This document shows positions 44,670 through 54,800 of a stretch of DNA of 64,000 bases, one piece after another. The DNA is from an uncultured Verrucomicrobiota bacterium (GTDB lineage Bacteria; Verrucomicrobiota; Verrucomicrobiia; Limisphaerales; UBA9464), in the NCBI GenBank assembly GCA_903907995.1, contig CAIVQH010000002.1, positions 75,286 through 139,285 of the forward strand, read 5' to 3'. A program made the position numbers and the translations under genes. The stretch's first letter is position 1. The number at the start of each line of letters is the position of its first letter. The notes under the pieces were generated by a model. The model was not told the DNA's origin. It saw only the letters and a program-made list of their open reading frames with translations, and did no database searches.

Positions 44670-45032
44670 TCAAAATTGGAAGTGTTCCCATTCGCGGCGG
44701 TCGCGCTTGGTCGGCCGACCGGCCCCACGCGGACGCTGGCCGGGGGAGGTGAGGGCTACTTCCTGGGCCCGCGCGAGTTCGTCCGGGGGCGTGAGGTCCT
44801 CGGCGTAAAGCGGCACCAGCTTGGCTCCGACCCGGGCGGCCGGGGCATCGAGCACCTTGTACGTGCGGCACAACACGCCAATCTGGGCGGTGACCAGTTC
44901 GCCCGGGCGGACGGTGTGCGCCGGTTTGCTTATCGCTCCGCCGACCTTCACATGTCCGCTGCGGATGGCCGTGACCGCCAGACTGCGAGTCCGGTAGAGG
45001 CGCACGGCCCAAAGCCATTGATCGAGGCGCAT
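44670..45032 (-). CDS. S4-domain RNA-binding protein (Hsp15/HslR-like)
   Basis: ATG at 45032 gives MRLDQWLWAVRLYRTRSLAVTAIRSGHVKVGG, matching the Hsp15 N-terminus pattern. The track ORF extends to 45197. Confidence 0.7.
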   Translation of the reverse strand: MRLDQWLWAVRLYRTRSLAVTAIRSGHVKVGGAISKPAHTVRPGELVTAQIGVLCRTYKVLDAPAARVGAKLVPLYAEDLTPPDELARAQEVALTSPGQRPRGAGRPTKRDRREWEHFQF

Positions 45033-45229
45033 GAAGATGGATTCAGCCGGGCGAGGTGGCGCTTGAGATTCGGGTCCGACCGCGTTGGCTTTACCGGCAA
45101 CGCGATCATGGCCGGGGCGGTTTGTAGAAGCGTCGCCGGCTGGGAGCAAGCGAGGTTTGGCGCGGACCAAGGCTGTGTCCAAATTTTTACCGGCCATTTT
45201 TCCAAAATCGTGGGCACGGGTTCGGATTC

Positions 45230-46018
45230 GTGTTTTCCTTTCCGCAAGTGAACCTCGATCCGTTTCGTCAATTCATCCGGGAACTTGCGTCGGTCAGTGC
45301 CGACGTGATTTTACCGTACTTCGCGAACCGCGATTGCGGCCTGGAACTGAAGGCGGACGAGTCGCCGGTGACCCTGGCCGACCGCAATTCCGAACTGGCG
45401 ATGCGGCAGATGATCGAACGGCGCTTTCCGGCCCATGGGATTGTGGGTGAGGAATTTGGCACCGTGCGCGGCGACGCGGAGTTCGTGTGGGTGCTCGATC
45501 CGGTGGATGGTACCAAATCATTCATCACCGCCGTGCCGCTCTTTGGCACCCTGATTGGCCTCCTGCACGAAGGGAAACCTTTGCTCGGCTGTGTCCACCA
45601 GCCGGTGCTGAAGCAGTGCCTGCTCGGGGATGGCCAGACCACCACACTCAACGGAACCCAGGTCCGGATGCGTCCCGCCCCGCCGTTGTCGGCGGCGACC
45701 TTGCTGACCAGCGATCCGCTCTTTCCCCAGCGCTACCAAAATGGGACCGCCTTTGCCGATCTCGCTCAGCGGGTCCGCCTTTATCGGACGTTTGGGGACT
45801 GCTACGGCTACCTCCTGCTGGCGAACGGGTTCGCCGACATCATGGTGGATCCGATCATGAACCCGTGGGACCTGCTGCCACTGATTCCTTGCATTGAGGG
45901 AGCCGGCGGGCGCATCACGGACTGGCAGGGCAACAATGCCGCCCATCTCGAAGCGACCTCGGCCGTGGCGTGCGCCCCGGAACTGCACGAGGAGGTCATC
46001 CGCCTGCTGAACCCATGA
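45230..46018 (+). CDS. Inositol monophosphatase-family phosphatase (possibly histidinol-phosphatase type)
   Basis: SPVTLADR, HGIVGEE, WVLDPVDGTKSF and WDLLPLIPCIEGAGG motifs. Confidence 0.8.
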   Translation: MFSFPQVNLDPFRQFIRELASVSADVILPYFANRDCGLELKADESPVTLADRNSELAMRQMIERRFPAHGIVGEEFGTVRGDAEFVWVLDPVDGTKSFITAVPLFGTLIGLLHEGKPLLGCVHQPVLKQCLLGDGQTTTLNGTQVRMRPAPPLSAATLLTSDPLFPQRYQNGTAFADLAQRVRLYRTFGDCYGYLLLANGFADIMVDPIMNPWDLLPLIPCIEGAGGRITDWQGNNAAHLEATSAVACAPELHEEVIRLLNP

Positions 46019-46362
46019 GCGCCAGCCCCCGTCCTGCCGTCACGCCGGAGCCGCCTTACTACGCGGTAATCTTTACCGCGTTGCGTACCGAGGGTGACCG
46101 TGGCTATGGGTCCATGGCCGACCGCATGGTCCAGTTGGCGGCCGAGCAGCCTGGTTTTCTCGGCGTGGAAAGCGCCCGCGATCCCGCGACGGGCATGGGC
46201 ATCACCGTCAGCTATTGGGCGGATGAGGGTTCGATCCGCGCCTGGCGGGAAAATGCCCAGCACCGTATCGCCCAGGAAACTGGAAAGAAGTCCTGGTATG
46301 CCGACTACCAGCTGCGGGTGGCCCGGGTGGAACGGGCCTACAGTGGTCCGGCGGGACGCTGA
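46015..46362 (+). CDS. Antibiotic-biosynthesis-monooxygenase (ABM) family protein
   Basis: ATG at 46015 overlaps the upstream stop (ATGA). YYAVIFTALRTEGDRGY..QPGFLGVESAR..ITVSYWADEGSIRAWRENAQH. Confidence 0.7.
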   Translation: MSASPRPAVTPEPPYYAVIFTALRTEGDRGYGSMADRMVQLAAEQPGFLGVESARDPATGMGITVSYWADEGSIRAWRENAQHRIAQETGKKSWYADYQLRVARVERAYSGPAGR

Positions 46363-46511
46363 ATCTGGCCGCTTCCCCATGCCTTCGGTCCCTAGGGTAG
46401 CCAAGCCGCTCGAAAACGAGGCTAGACACCTTCCCGGCAAACCACTAAGGTCCGCGCCTCGATAAACGGATTAACTTACAGGACGGCATGAGCTGTCCGA
46501 CACCGAATCAA

Positions 46512-46769
46512 ATGCAAGAAAAGTCAAAAACCATCAGCGAGTTCAAGCAGCACGACAAGGACACCGGCTCGGCCGACGTCCAGATCGCACTGCTTACGAG
46601 CCGCATCAATTCGCTCAGCGAACACCTTCAAACCAATAAGAAGGACCACAGCTCCCGCCGTGGTCTTCTCATCATGGTGAGCCGTCGCCGCCGTCTGCAG
46701 ACCTACCTTCAAAAGAAGGACGAGGCCCGCTACAAGGCGCTGACGACCAAACTGAAGCTTCGCAAGTAA
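46512..46769 (+). CDS. rpsO: 30S ribosomal protein S15
   Basis: [50 protein letters not shown]. An alternative upstream ATG lies at 46488. Confidence 0.9.
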   Translation: MQEKSKTISEFKQHDKDTGSADVQIALLTSRINSLSEHLQTNKKDHSSRRGLLIMVSRRRRLQTYLQKKDEARYKALTTKLKLRK

Positions 46770-46777
46770 CGATTTTA

Positions 46778-46810
46778 GAGGCCGGGCCTGGTGCCCGGCC
46801 TCGTATTTTA
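46778..46810 (+). terminator. rpsO terminator / pnp leader hairpin
   Basis: gaggccgggc (46778-46787) pairs with gcccggcctc (46793-46802), then gtatttta. Confidence 0.6.
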
Positions 46811-47021
46811 GGCCGGAACAGTCGCTTCAAGGGCGGCTTGGATTCCGTTGTGGGACGCACACGTCGTCCGTTTCTGGCCATTCGAAAACCAAGTTGCGTC
46901 GCCAAGAATAAATCCGCTCCTCCGGTCCGGGAAATTTCATTGAGCTACTGCCCATTCCAACTAGGGAATGCGGGCGGCGGCTAACTGAAGTTCCTCTGGA
47001 CCGGCGGGCAAATGTCCGCAT

Positions 47022-49727
47022 ATGTCAGAGAAAGTTATTATCCCCATTGGGGGCCAGGATCTCATCATCGAGACCGGCATCTACGCCAAACAAGCCGACG
47101 GTGCCGTTACCGTCCAATTCGGCGAAACCATCATCCTCACCGCCGCCGTCGCCGCCACCAAGGCCAAGCCGGGTCAGGAATTCTTCCCCCTTACCGTCGA
47201 TTACCGTGAGCGCGCCGCCGCTGCGGGGCGTTTCCCGGGAGGCTACTTCAAGCGTGAAGGCCGTCCTTCCGAGAAGGAAATCCTCACCTGCCGTCTCACC
47301 GACCGGCCGATCCGCCCGCTCTTTCCCAAGGGCTACTACTGTGAGGTTCAGGTCCAGTCGATCCTGATGTCCGCCGACGGCACGAACGACGCCGACATCC
47401 TCTCGATCCTTGGCGCCAGCGCCGCGCTGACCGTTTCCGACATTCCTTGGGCCGGCCCGCTGGGCGCGCTCCGCGTCGGTCGCGTGAAGGGCGAGTTTGT
47501 CGCCAACCCCACGCATGAGCAGCAGGCCGAGTCCGATCTCGACCTGATCTACGTTGGCAACGAGACCGACGTCGTCATGTACGAGGGCTCGGCGAACGAG
47601 ATCACCGAGGCCGATTTCGTGGCCGCCCTCAAGTTTGCCCACGAGCAGTGCCAGCCGCTGATCGCCGCGCAGAAGGAACTGCAGGCCAAGGCCGGCAAGC
47701 CCAAGCGCAAGGTCACCGTCACGATCGTGCCCGAGGAAATCCTCAACGAGGCGAAGGCGCTCGCGGGTGACCGCATCGTGCCCGCCCTGCTCACGCACCA
47801 GAAGCTGGCGCGCGAAGCCGCGGTCAAGGCCGTCTTCGACGACGTCGGCGCGCAGCTCGTTGCCAAGTTCGGCGCCGACAAGGTCACCGACTTCGTCCTG
47901 AAGGACGCCCAGTACTACATCCAGAAGGAAGCCGTCCGCGGCCTGATCCTCGATCACGGCAAGCGCCTCGACGGCCGCACGGCGGATGGCATCCGTCCGC
48001 TCGTGAGCACCGTGGGCATCCTGCCCCGCGCCCACGGCAGCTCGATGTTCCAGCGCGGTGAGACGCAGGCCGTCTGCCTCACGACGCTTGGCACCAGCGA
48101 CGACATCCAGAACTTCGACTCCTACACCGGTGGTGAGACGAAGAAGCAGTTCATCCTGCACTACACGTTCCCGAACTTCTCCGTCGGTGAGACGGGCCGC
48201 ATCATGGGGCCGGGCCGTCGCGAGATCGGTCACGGAGCGCTCGCCGAGCGCAGCGTGCGCCCGATGATCCCGCTGAAGGATTACCCCTACGCCGTCCGCG
48301 TCACCTCCGAGATCCTGGAGTCCAACGGCTCCTCCTCGATGGCCTCCGTCTGCGGTGCGACCCTCGCGCTCATGGACGCCGGTGTGCCGATGACCCGCCC
48401 GGTCGCTGGTATCAGCATCGGCATCTGCACCGACTTCGGTGCGGACCACAGCATCTCCCGCTACACGCTCCTCACCGACATCATCGGCTGGGAAGACGCG
48501 TTCTGTGACATGGACTGCAAGATCGCCGGCACGACCAACGGCATCACCGGCTTCCAGCTCGACCTGAAGCTCAAGGGCCTCCCGCTGCCCATCATGATCG
48601 AGACCATCGAGAAGGCGCGCGTCGCCCGTCTCGCGATCCTCGACCACATGCTCGCGACGCTGCCCACGCACCGCACCGAACTGAGCAAGTACGCCCCGCG
48701 CATCGTGGTGATCAAGATCAACCCCGAGAAGATCGGCGCCCTCATCGGGCCCGGCGGCAAGAACATCAAGCGCCTCGTGGACGAGTCCGGTTGCGAAATC
48801 AACATCGAGGACGACGGCACGGTGAAGATCTTCTCCGTCTCGCCCGAAGGCATGGAGATCGCCCGCCAGGCGATCGAGGGCCTCGGCGCCGAGATCGAGA
48901 TCGGCAAGATCTACAAGGGCCGCGTCGTGACCATCAAGGAGTTCGGCGCCTTCGTCGAAGTGCTCCCCGGCCAGGACGGTCTGGTGCACATCAGCGAGCT
49001 GTCCAACAAGCGCGTGGAACGCGTCGAGGACGTCATCAAGATGGGCGACGAGATCTGGGTCAAGTGCCTCGGTGTCGACGAGAAGGGCCGTGTGAAGCTG
49101 TCACGCAAGGCCGCGATGGAAGAGCGCGGTGAATCGGTCGCGACCGGTGATTCCGCCCCGGCGGATGGCGAAGCCAAGCGCGAGAGCAGCAACGGCGAAG
49201 GCCGCCCTGAGCGTGCTGAGCGTCCCGAACGCGGTGGTGGTGATCGCGGCGGCGAACGTGGCGGTCGCGGTGAACGCGGTCCCCGTCCGGAACGTGGTGG
49301 TGATCGCGGCGATCGTGGTCCCCGTCCGGAACGCGGCGGTGGTGACCGTGGCGGCGCGAAGCGCGAAGGCAGCCCCGAAGACAAGGCGGCAGCCGCAGCC
49401 AAGGCCGAGCCGGGCAAAATCTACCGTGCGAAAGTAGTCTCCATCAAGGACTTCGGTACCTTCGTTGAATTCCTCCCCGGCTGCGAGGGCCTCGTGCATG
49501 TCAGCGAACTCGCCAACTTCCGCGTGAAGAAGGTCGAGGACATCGTGCAGCTCGGTGACGAGATCACCGTCAAGTGCCTCGGCGTCGATGAAAAGAGCCG
49601 CGTCCGTCTCAGCCGCAAGGCCGCGATGGAAGAGCGCGACCAGCAGTCCGCCAGTGAGTCTGCCCCGGCGGCACCCGCTCCGGAAGCTCCGGCCGCTGAG
49701 GCCGCTCCCGCCGCTCCGCAGGAGTAA
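47022..49727 (+). CDS. pnp: Polyribonucleotide nucleotidyltransferase (PNPase) with a C-terminal extension carrying a second S1 domain
   Basis: [48 protein letters not shown], two RNase PH domains, KH (..[15 protein letters not shown]..), and S1 ([21 protein letters not shown]). It is 901 aa; bacterial PNPases are usually around 700 aa (from memory). Confidence 0.95.
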   Translation: MSEKVIIPIGGQDLIIETGIYAKQADGAVTVQFGETIILTAAVAATKAKPGQEFFPLTVDYRERAAAAGRFPGGYFKREGRPSEKEILTCRLTDRPIRPLFPKGYYCEVQVQSILMSADGTNDADILSILGASAALTVSDIPWAGPLGALRVGRVKGEFVANPTHEQQAESDLDLIYVGNETDVVMYEGSANEITEADFVAALKFAHEQCQPLIAAQKELQAKAGKPKRKVTVTIVPEEILNEAKALAGDRIVPALLTHQKLAREAAVKAVFDDVGAQLVAKFGADKVTDFVLKDAQYYIQKEAVRGLILDHGKRLDGRTADGIRPLVSTVGILPRAHGSSMFQRGETQAVCLTTLGTSDDIQNFDSYTGGETKKQFILHYTFPNFSVGETGRIMGPGRREIGHGALAERSVRPMIPLKDYPYAVRVTSEILESNGSSSMASVCGATLALMDAGVPMTRPVAGISIGICTDFGADHSISRYTLLTDIIGWEDAFCDMDCKIAGTTNGITGFQLDLKLKGLPLPIMIETIEKARVARLAILDHMLATLPTHRTELSKYAPRIVVIKINPEKIGALIGPGGKNIKRLVDESGCEINIEDDGTVKIFSVSPEGMEIARQAIEGLGAEIEIGKIYKGRVVTIKEFGAFVEVLPGQDGLVHISELSNKRVERVEDVIKMGDEIWVKCLGVDEKGRVKLSRKAAMEERGESVATGDSAPADGEAKRESSNGEGRPERAERPERGGGDRGGERGGRGERGPRPERGGDRGDRGPRPERGGGDRGGAKREGSPEDKAAAAAKAEPGKIYRAKVVSIKDFGTFVEFLPGCEGLVHVSELANFRVKKVEDIVQLGDEITVKCLGVDEKSRVRLSRKAAMEERDQQSASESAPAAPAPEAPAAEAAPAAPQE

Positions 49728-49750
49728 GGCTCCGGTATCAATTACAAAAA

Positions 49751-49783
49751 CGGCGGTCCCGAAAGGGACCGCCGTTTTTCTTT
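49751..49783 (+). terminator. Rho-independent terminator of pnp
   Basis: cggcggtccc gaaa gggaccgccg, followed by tttttctttg. Confidence 0.85.
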
Positions 49784-49960
49784 GTCTGAATCATGCCCTG
49801 ACCCACGCGGCCGGGGCGCGGCTCTGTGAGCCGCAGCAACTCCACCAGTTCGAAGGTGACGGAGGAATGGAAAGCGACCGACAGTTCGGAGGTTGCTGCG
49901 CGTCACAGACCCGCGCTCTGTGGGGTCGTCCCACTCAATGCCTAGAATCCCGAAGCAATT

Positions 49961-51310
49961 CTACATCATACAGGGTGCGAGAATGGCATCCCTCATTCCA
50001 TGCACGATCTTCTTGTCCGCCGGCACAATGGTGGCGAGCGCGCCGCCTAGCTTCGGACGCGCGGCATCACCGTCGCCACTGACGAAGTAGTAAGGGCAGA
50101 GCCGTACCCGGCCCGGCATCGGCACGATTTGCTGGGTGGCGAAATCGAAATAGGAGGAGTCCACCACGCGCGGGCGGTGGAAGCGCTGGAGCACATACGG
50201 CGAGCGCGGAAACGCGGCAAGCGCCTTATCCACGGCGGCACTCCAGTCGGCGGTGCTCAGGTCACTGCCGAGGTACACGCCACGAGCGCCCCATGCATCC
50301 TCGCTGTAGCCTGAAACTTTGAGGATGAGTTCGCGATCACGCTGGCTGAGCGCCTTCAGTTGCGTCCAGTCCGTCAGATCGAGCCCGGGATAGGCCGCGT
50401 GCGGTGGCAGCGGCGCGGGATCCAGCACCCAGGTCTGCGGGATGACCTTGAGCAGCCGGGCGAGAAAGGCCTCGCCGAGTTCCTGCCGCCAGAAGGGCCG
50501 CAGATTGCGGTTCCATAGCAGGGCAAAGAGCAGCTTTTCCTCGAAGATCGGCTTGGGAGCTGGAGTCACACGCGCCTGCTTTTCCATGCCCAGCTCGAAG
50601 ATGCGCTTCGAGTTAGGGACGTTGGCCAGGTCGAACAGCTCGAAGAAGCGGTAGATCGCATCGCCGGGCGCGAAGTCCGTGAACTGCGAATCACGCACCG
50701 AATATTTTGAACCGCCGGGCTGCTGCGCGAGCCATTCCATTTCTGGGCGGTAGCTGGCGGCTTCTTCCGACACGACGAGGTGAACTTTCCCCGCCTCGCC
50801 GAAGATGGAGGCGAAACCTTCCCGCATGCCGGCACTGCCGCCGAGGACACTGGCCGGTTTCCCGTCAACCGAGCCCTGTAAAACTGTCTCGTAGGTCTGG
50901 TTGAGCCATTGTGTGAGGCCGATGCCGCCGGGAACGGAATCCAGTTCGGCAATGACGAAACCGCCTTCCGTCAGCAGCACATCGGGCCGGATGACGCGGG
51001 GCACATCACTCTTGAAACTGGGATGGCGCTGGAGGGCGATGAGCTCTGCTGGTTTTCCCTGGTCGAGGAGTTCGGCGATCCAAGCCGGTGATTTGCCCTC
51101 ATAGCTGCGACGATAGAGCAGGTTCGCCGCCCGGTAGAATTGCAGCAGCACCCGCCCCAACGAATCGAGTTCCTTGGCCAGGTCTTCGCCGAGTGGAAAC
51201 GGGGTGGGGGAGGTACGCCAGTCCTGGCCGGCGAACAGGCCGCCGGCAGGAAGCGCGGCGCGGATCGCCTGAGCCCGATCGGCAGCGGAAAGTGCGGCGG
51301 ATTCGTTCAA
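49961..51310 (-). CDS. Conserved hypothetical protein (an ATP-grasp-like enzyme is only a guess)
   Basis: Uninterrupted 449-codon ORF with ATG start and no signal peptide. Segments such as RPDVLLTEGGFVIAELDSVPGGIG and ATIVPADKKIVHGMRDAILAPC look enzyme-like, but I cannot name the family. Confidence 0.55.
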   Translation of the reverse strand: MNESAALSAADRAQAIRAALPAGGLFAGQDWRTSPTPFPLGEDLAKELDSLGRVLLQFYRAANLLYRRSYEGKSPAWIAELLDQGKPAELIALQRHPSFKSDVPRVIRPDVLLTEGGFVIAELDSVPGGIGLTQWLNQTYETVLQGSVDGKPASVLGGSAGMREGFASIFGEAGKVHLVVSEEAASYRPEMEWLAQQPGGSKYSVRDSQFTDFAPGDAIYRFFELFDLANVPNSKRIFELGMEKQARVTPAPKPIFEEKLLFALLWNRNLRPFWRQELGEAFLARLLKVIPQTWVLDPAPLPPHAAYPGLDLTDWTQLKALSQRDRELILKVSGYSEDAWGARGVYLGSDLSTADWSAAVDKALAAFPRSPYVLQRFHRPRVVDSSYFDFATQQIVPMPGRVRLCPYYFVSGDGDAARPKLGGALATIVPADKKIVHGMRDAILAPCMM

Positions 51311-51376
51311 GTGGTGCGCAAACTAGGAGGTGCCCCGGCGGTGTCAAAGGCCTCGATCCGGCCCCTGATGGCACTT

Positions 51377-52564
51377 TCAGGTGCCGGGCGGTTCGCTGGC
51401 GTTTTCCGCTGGCGACTGCTTCCGGAAAGGATACCAAAATTGCTTCCAGTAACCCTTCGGGACCGGATGGCCGCCAATGCCGTAGCCGTCGGGCCATTTG
51501 TCCTTGGGCAGGAAATAAGTGCCGAAAATCCGGTCCAGCAGGGGGAAGTGGATGGCGAAATTGACATCGATCGCCTCTTTCTCGATGCCGTGGTGCCAGT
51601 GGTGGAAGCGCGGGGTGACCAGATAACGCCCCAGCGTGGAGAGATTCCAACCAAAGTTGGCATGCACGAAGGTCGATTGGAGATAGACGAAGAAAATGTA
51701 AAAGGAGAGCGCAGCCTGACTGTAGCCCAGGATGAACATGGGGACCGCAGTGAAGGCCCGCAGGACCAGGATCTCCATGAAATGCATCCGGGCTCCGGAC
51801 ATCCAGTCCATCACCTGTGCCGAGTGATGCACCGCATGGAAGTTCCACAGCCAGGGAATGCGGTGAAACAGCCGGTGCACCCAATATTGCACCACATCGG
51901 TCAGGAACATGATCTCGAGGACCTGGAACACCAGCCACTGTCCCGAAATTGCCGCCCGGAACGCCTCCCAATGCGTGTGACTGGTGAGGGTCAGGGCGGG
52001 CCACAGGGCGGCGTAGGTGAGCACCTGCACCAGCATCGTGCTGATAAAGTAGTAGAAAAGATCCTCGCGCCATTCGAAGCGGAAAAAATCCTGGGTGGGA
52101 TAACGCGGGAACAGCAGTTGCAGGGGCACGAACAGGATTCCTGTGAAGATGATGTTCAGGACGAACCAGTCCATGCCGAGATAAACGGGACTCCCTTGCG
52201 CCACATGGGAATGGGCGTTCGCTCCGCCGAGGGTGGTGGCCAGAATGACCAGGAACAGCGCGGTGAATCCCAGAATCTTGTTCTGCCGGAGGACAAGGCT
52301 GATAACCGCCAGGACGAAAGCTCCCAGCAGCACTCCGAGCAGAACCACATGGAACACCGGTTTTTCATAGAAGGGCCGGGTCTCCTTGAAAGTGAACCAC
52401 TCAGGGTACAGCAGCCCGATGACGAGGAAGAGACTGGCGATGGCCAGTATCAGGGCAACGGTGCCGCTGACCCAGCCCTTGCCCAGCTGGCGTTCGGCCT
52501 TGGGAGATTCGAGATCGGAGCGCAGCGCCTGACGAAAACGTGAAATGAAGGACACCGGCGTCAA
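51377..52564 (-). CDS. Fatty acid hydroxylase / sterol desaturase-superfamily membrane protein
   Basis: His boxes HRLFH, HAVHH and HHWHH in a polytopic membrane protein. Confidence 0.8.
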   Translation of the reverse strand: MTPVSFISRFRQALRSDLESPKAERQLGKGWVSGTVALILAIASLFLVIGLLYPEWFTFKETRPFYEKPVFHVVLLGVLLGAFVLAVISLVLRQNKILGFTALFLVILATTLGGANAHSHVAQGSPVYLGMDWFVLNIIFTGILFVPLQLLFPRYPTQDFFRFEWREDLFYYFISTMLVQVLTYAALWPALTLTSHTHWEAFRAAISGQWLVFQVLEIMFLTDVVQYWVHRLFHRIPWLWNFHAVHHSAQVMDWMSGARMHFMEILVLRAFTAVPMFILGYSQAALSFYIFFVYLQSTFVHANFGWNLSTLGRYLVTPRFHHWHHGIEKEAIDVNFAIHFPLLDRIFGTYFLPKDKWPDGYGIGGHPVPKGYWKQFWYPFRKQSPAENASEPPGT

Positions 52565-52638
52565 ATTTGATCCGGAGGCAGGACCAAGGGCAAGTCATCG
52601 TCTCGATATGAGAATGGGGAAAAAGCCATGCTCGGTGG

Positions 52639-53952
52639 TCACTTCTTCCGCAGCGTGAAGTAGTCGCGCCCCTGGCCTTTGTCGCCGATGAACTTCACCT
52701 CGGCGGTCAGGCCGTCGATGTCGATGACCAACGAGCCCAGCTTTTTCAGGGAGAGGTACATGGCGGGGTGGTTCAGCTTGCCCGCCTCCGTCTGCCCGGC
52801 ACTGCCGCTGACGACGTACACCGCGCCTTTGTTTGGTGTCAGGATGGCGGGCTTTTCATAAACGCCATTACCATCACTTCGCCCGTCGCCGTGATTGAGG
52901 ATCATCGTGGAGGTGAGATTGGTGCTGGTGCCGTAATGACCGTTCAGCAGGAAGGTCCGCTCGTAGTCGTGGCTGTGGCCGCATAGCACCAGATCCACCC
53001 CGCCGGCTTCCAGGATGGGCAGGATGTTTTCGCGCATTTCCCAGAGGCGGCCGCCGCTGTCGGATTTCTTGTCGGAATCGTGCCCGCCCTTGCTATACGG
53101 CGGATGGTGGAAAAAGCAGATGATCCATTCGCGGGCTGTGGAGTCCAGGTCGGCCCGCAGCCAGGTGGCCATCACGCCGTGGGGGCTGCGGTCGGTATCC
53201 TGCGAATCGAGGCAGATGAAGTGGATATTCGCGTAATCGAAGGAGTAATAGGCCTCGGTGCCGCTGGGCAACCCGCCGGATTGCCCCAGCGTCGGCAGCG
53301 TGAAGACATCGTAGTAAACCCCGGACTGCGTCGGCGAACTGGCGCTGAGCGCATCATGGTTGCCGAGCGTGGGCCAGAGCGCCACCTGCCGGTGCAGGGC
53401 GCCATACAGGTCGAACACGGCCTTGCCGTACTGCGCGTCGGTGCCGTCGGAATAGGCGTTGTCCCCGAGCATCAGCCACAGGTCGGGATTCCGTCCGCTC
53501 CATTTGTAAAAGGCGTCGCGCACGGCCATCTGGTTGGTGTTGGCAGTGCCCGGATCGCCCAGGGCCCAGATGCGCGTCGGGCGCGCCGGTCCGGGCATGG
53601 GCGGCGTCAGGAAGCTGAAATCGGGGCCAACCTCGGTGATCCATTTGTTCGTGTCGTAGCCGATTGAGTAGAAGTAGCGCGTGTCAGGCTTCAGCTTGGT
53701 GAGCTGGACAACGTGTTCCGTGAAAACGCCGGGCGAGCGCACGAGGTTGGTGGCAGTCGCGGGAGTCAGGCCATAGCGCACGTAACTCTTGCGCTCCTTT
53801 TCGGTGCGCCAGCGAATGACCATGGAGTTGGTCGTCGGCATCTGCAGGTAGGGGCCACGGGTGAGCTTTTCGGCGGCCGCCAATGACAGTGGCGACGAGA
53901 GCCACAGGCTGGTCAGCAGCAGGGCAAGCGTGAGGCGGAGCTTGATGGTCAC
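52639..53952 (-). CDS. Secreted purple-acid-phosphatase-like metallophosphoesterase
   Basis: Signal peptide and an N-terminal FN3-like region (RGPYLQMPTTNSMVIRW). Metallophosphatase motifs GDPG, GDNAY, GNHD, HHPPYS and GHSHDYER. Confidence 0.85.
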   Translation of the reverse strand: MTIKLRLTLALLLTSLWLSSPLSLAAAEKLTRGPYLQMPTTNSMVIRWRTEKERKSYVRYGLTPATATNLVRSPGVFTEHVVQLTKLKPDTRYFYSIGYDTNKWITEVGPDFSFLTPPMPGPARPTRIWALGDPGTANTNQMAVRDAFYKWSGRNPDLWLMLGDNAYSDGTDAQYGKAVFDLYGALHRQVALWPTLGNHDALSASSPTQSGVYYDVFTLPTLGQSGGLPSGTEAYYSFDYANIHFICLDSQDTDRSPHGVMATWLRADLDSTAREWIICFFHHPPYSKGGHDSDKKSDSGGRLWEMRENILPILEAGGVDLVLCGHSHDYERTFLLNGHYGTSTNLTSTMILNHGDGRSDGNGVYEKPAILTPNKGAVYVVSGSAGQTEAGKLNHPAMYLSLKKLGSLVIDIDGLTAEVKFIGDKGQGRDYFTLRKK

Positions 53953-54800
53953 TTTGTGGGCAAAGTCTTCGGTGAAGCGGGCAAGGCGGCAAGCTTGGCG
54001 TCCAGCTCCCGGCGAAAATCCAGCATGGCGAGCGAGCGTTGCAGGCGCAACGGCAGCGCCTCGAAGGCCTCGCGAGCCGCGTTATAGGCAGTGACGGCTT
54101 CCCCCGGGCGGCCGCCCAGTTCGAGGATTTCTCCCCGGCGCAACAGCCAGCGTTCCTTGCGCTCGCTGCTGGCCAGAATGGTGTCGAGCCGTTGCAGCGC
54201 CGCATCGAAACCTTGGCGGCGCATTTCCAGCGCTATCGCGGCCAGTTGCAGAGTGGGCACCGGCCCGAGTTTGGCCACGCCTTCGTCCAAGCCAGCCAAC
54301 GCTTCGGCAAGATGGCGGTCGCCCTGGGAAAATTGGGCCTGTGAGCGTTCAATGAACCATTCGGGTCGTGGCTCGGTGGACAGGGCCAGCGCCCGGCTGA
54401 AATGCTCCACCGCGTTCGACGCGCGCTGGTTCCGTACCAGCGCACGGGCGAGCAGCAGGTGGCCTTCCACGTGGTTGCTCTGAATGGCGAGAAAGCGGGT
54501 CAGCGAGGCGGTGGCATCGGTGAGCTTTCCCTGGTCGAGCGCGAGACGTCCAAGGCCCAGCAGCGGCTCGGGATTGGCGGGAGCCAGTTGCTTCGCGAGC
54601 TGAAAATCAGCCAGCGCGGCGTCCCAGCGCTCGTCGAGCCGGTTGAGTTCGCCACGGCGAAGCAGCAGGGGAACATCGTTCGGACGGAGCGAAAGCTCGG
54701 CGGTGACGTTCGTGATCTGCTCGTGCAGCGGGCCGTGGGCCAGCGCCGGCAAGGCCAGCAGCAGCAAAGGCAGAAGCCCCAGCCAGCGCCAGAAGTTCAC
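53949..54800 (-). CDS. Secreted TPR-repeat protein
   Basis: Signal peptide MNFWRWLGLLPLLLLALPALA, then repeated TPR-like helices. 4-nt overlaps with both neighbours. Confidence 0.7.
   Translation of the reverse strand: MNFWRWLGLLPLLLLALPALAHGPLHEQITNVTAELSLRPNDVPLLLRRGELNRLDERWDAALADFQLAKQLAPANPEPLLGLGRLALDQGKLTDATASLTRFLAIQSNHVEGHLLLARALVRNQRASNAVEHFSRALALSTEPRPEWFIERSQAQFSQGDRHLAEALAGLDEGVAKLGPVPTLQLAAIALEMRRQGFDAALQRLDTILASSERKERWLLRRGEILELGGRPGEAVTAYNAAREAFEALPLRLQRSLAMLDFRRELDAKLAALPASPKTLPTK

Noticed and set aside
47025-48989. 654-aa minus-strand ORF opposite pnp (also 37499..38683 opposite aspS and 5436..6704 opposite the CLC gene)
   Set aside because: These lie opposite unambiguous housekeeping genes. 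Long antisense ORFs are expected at this GC content.
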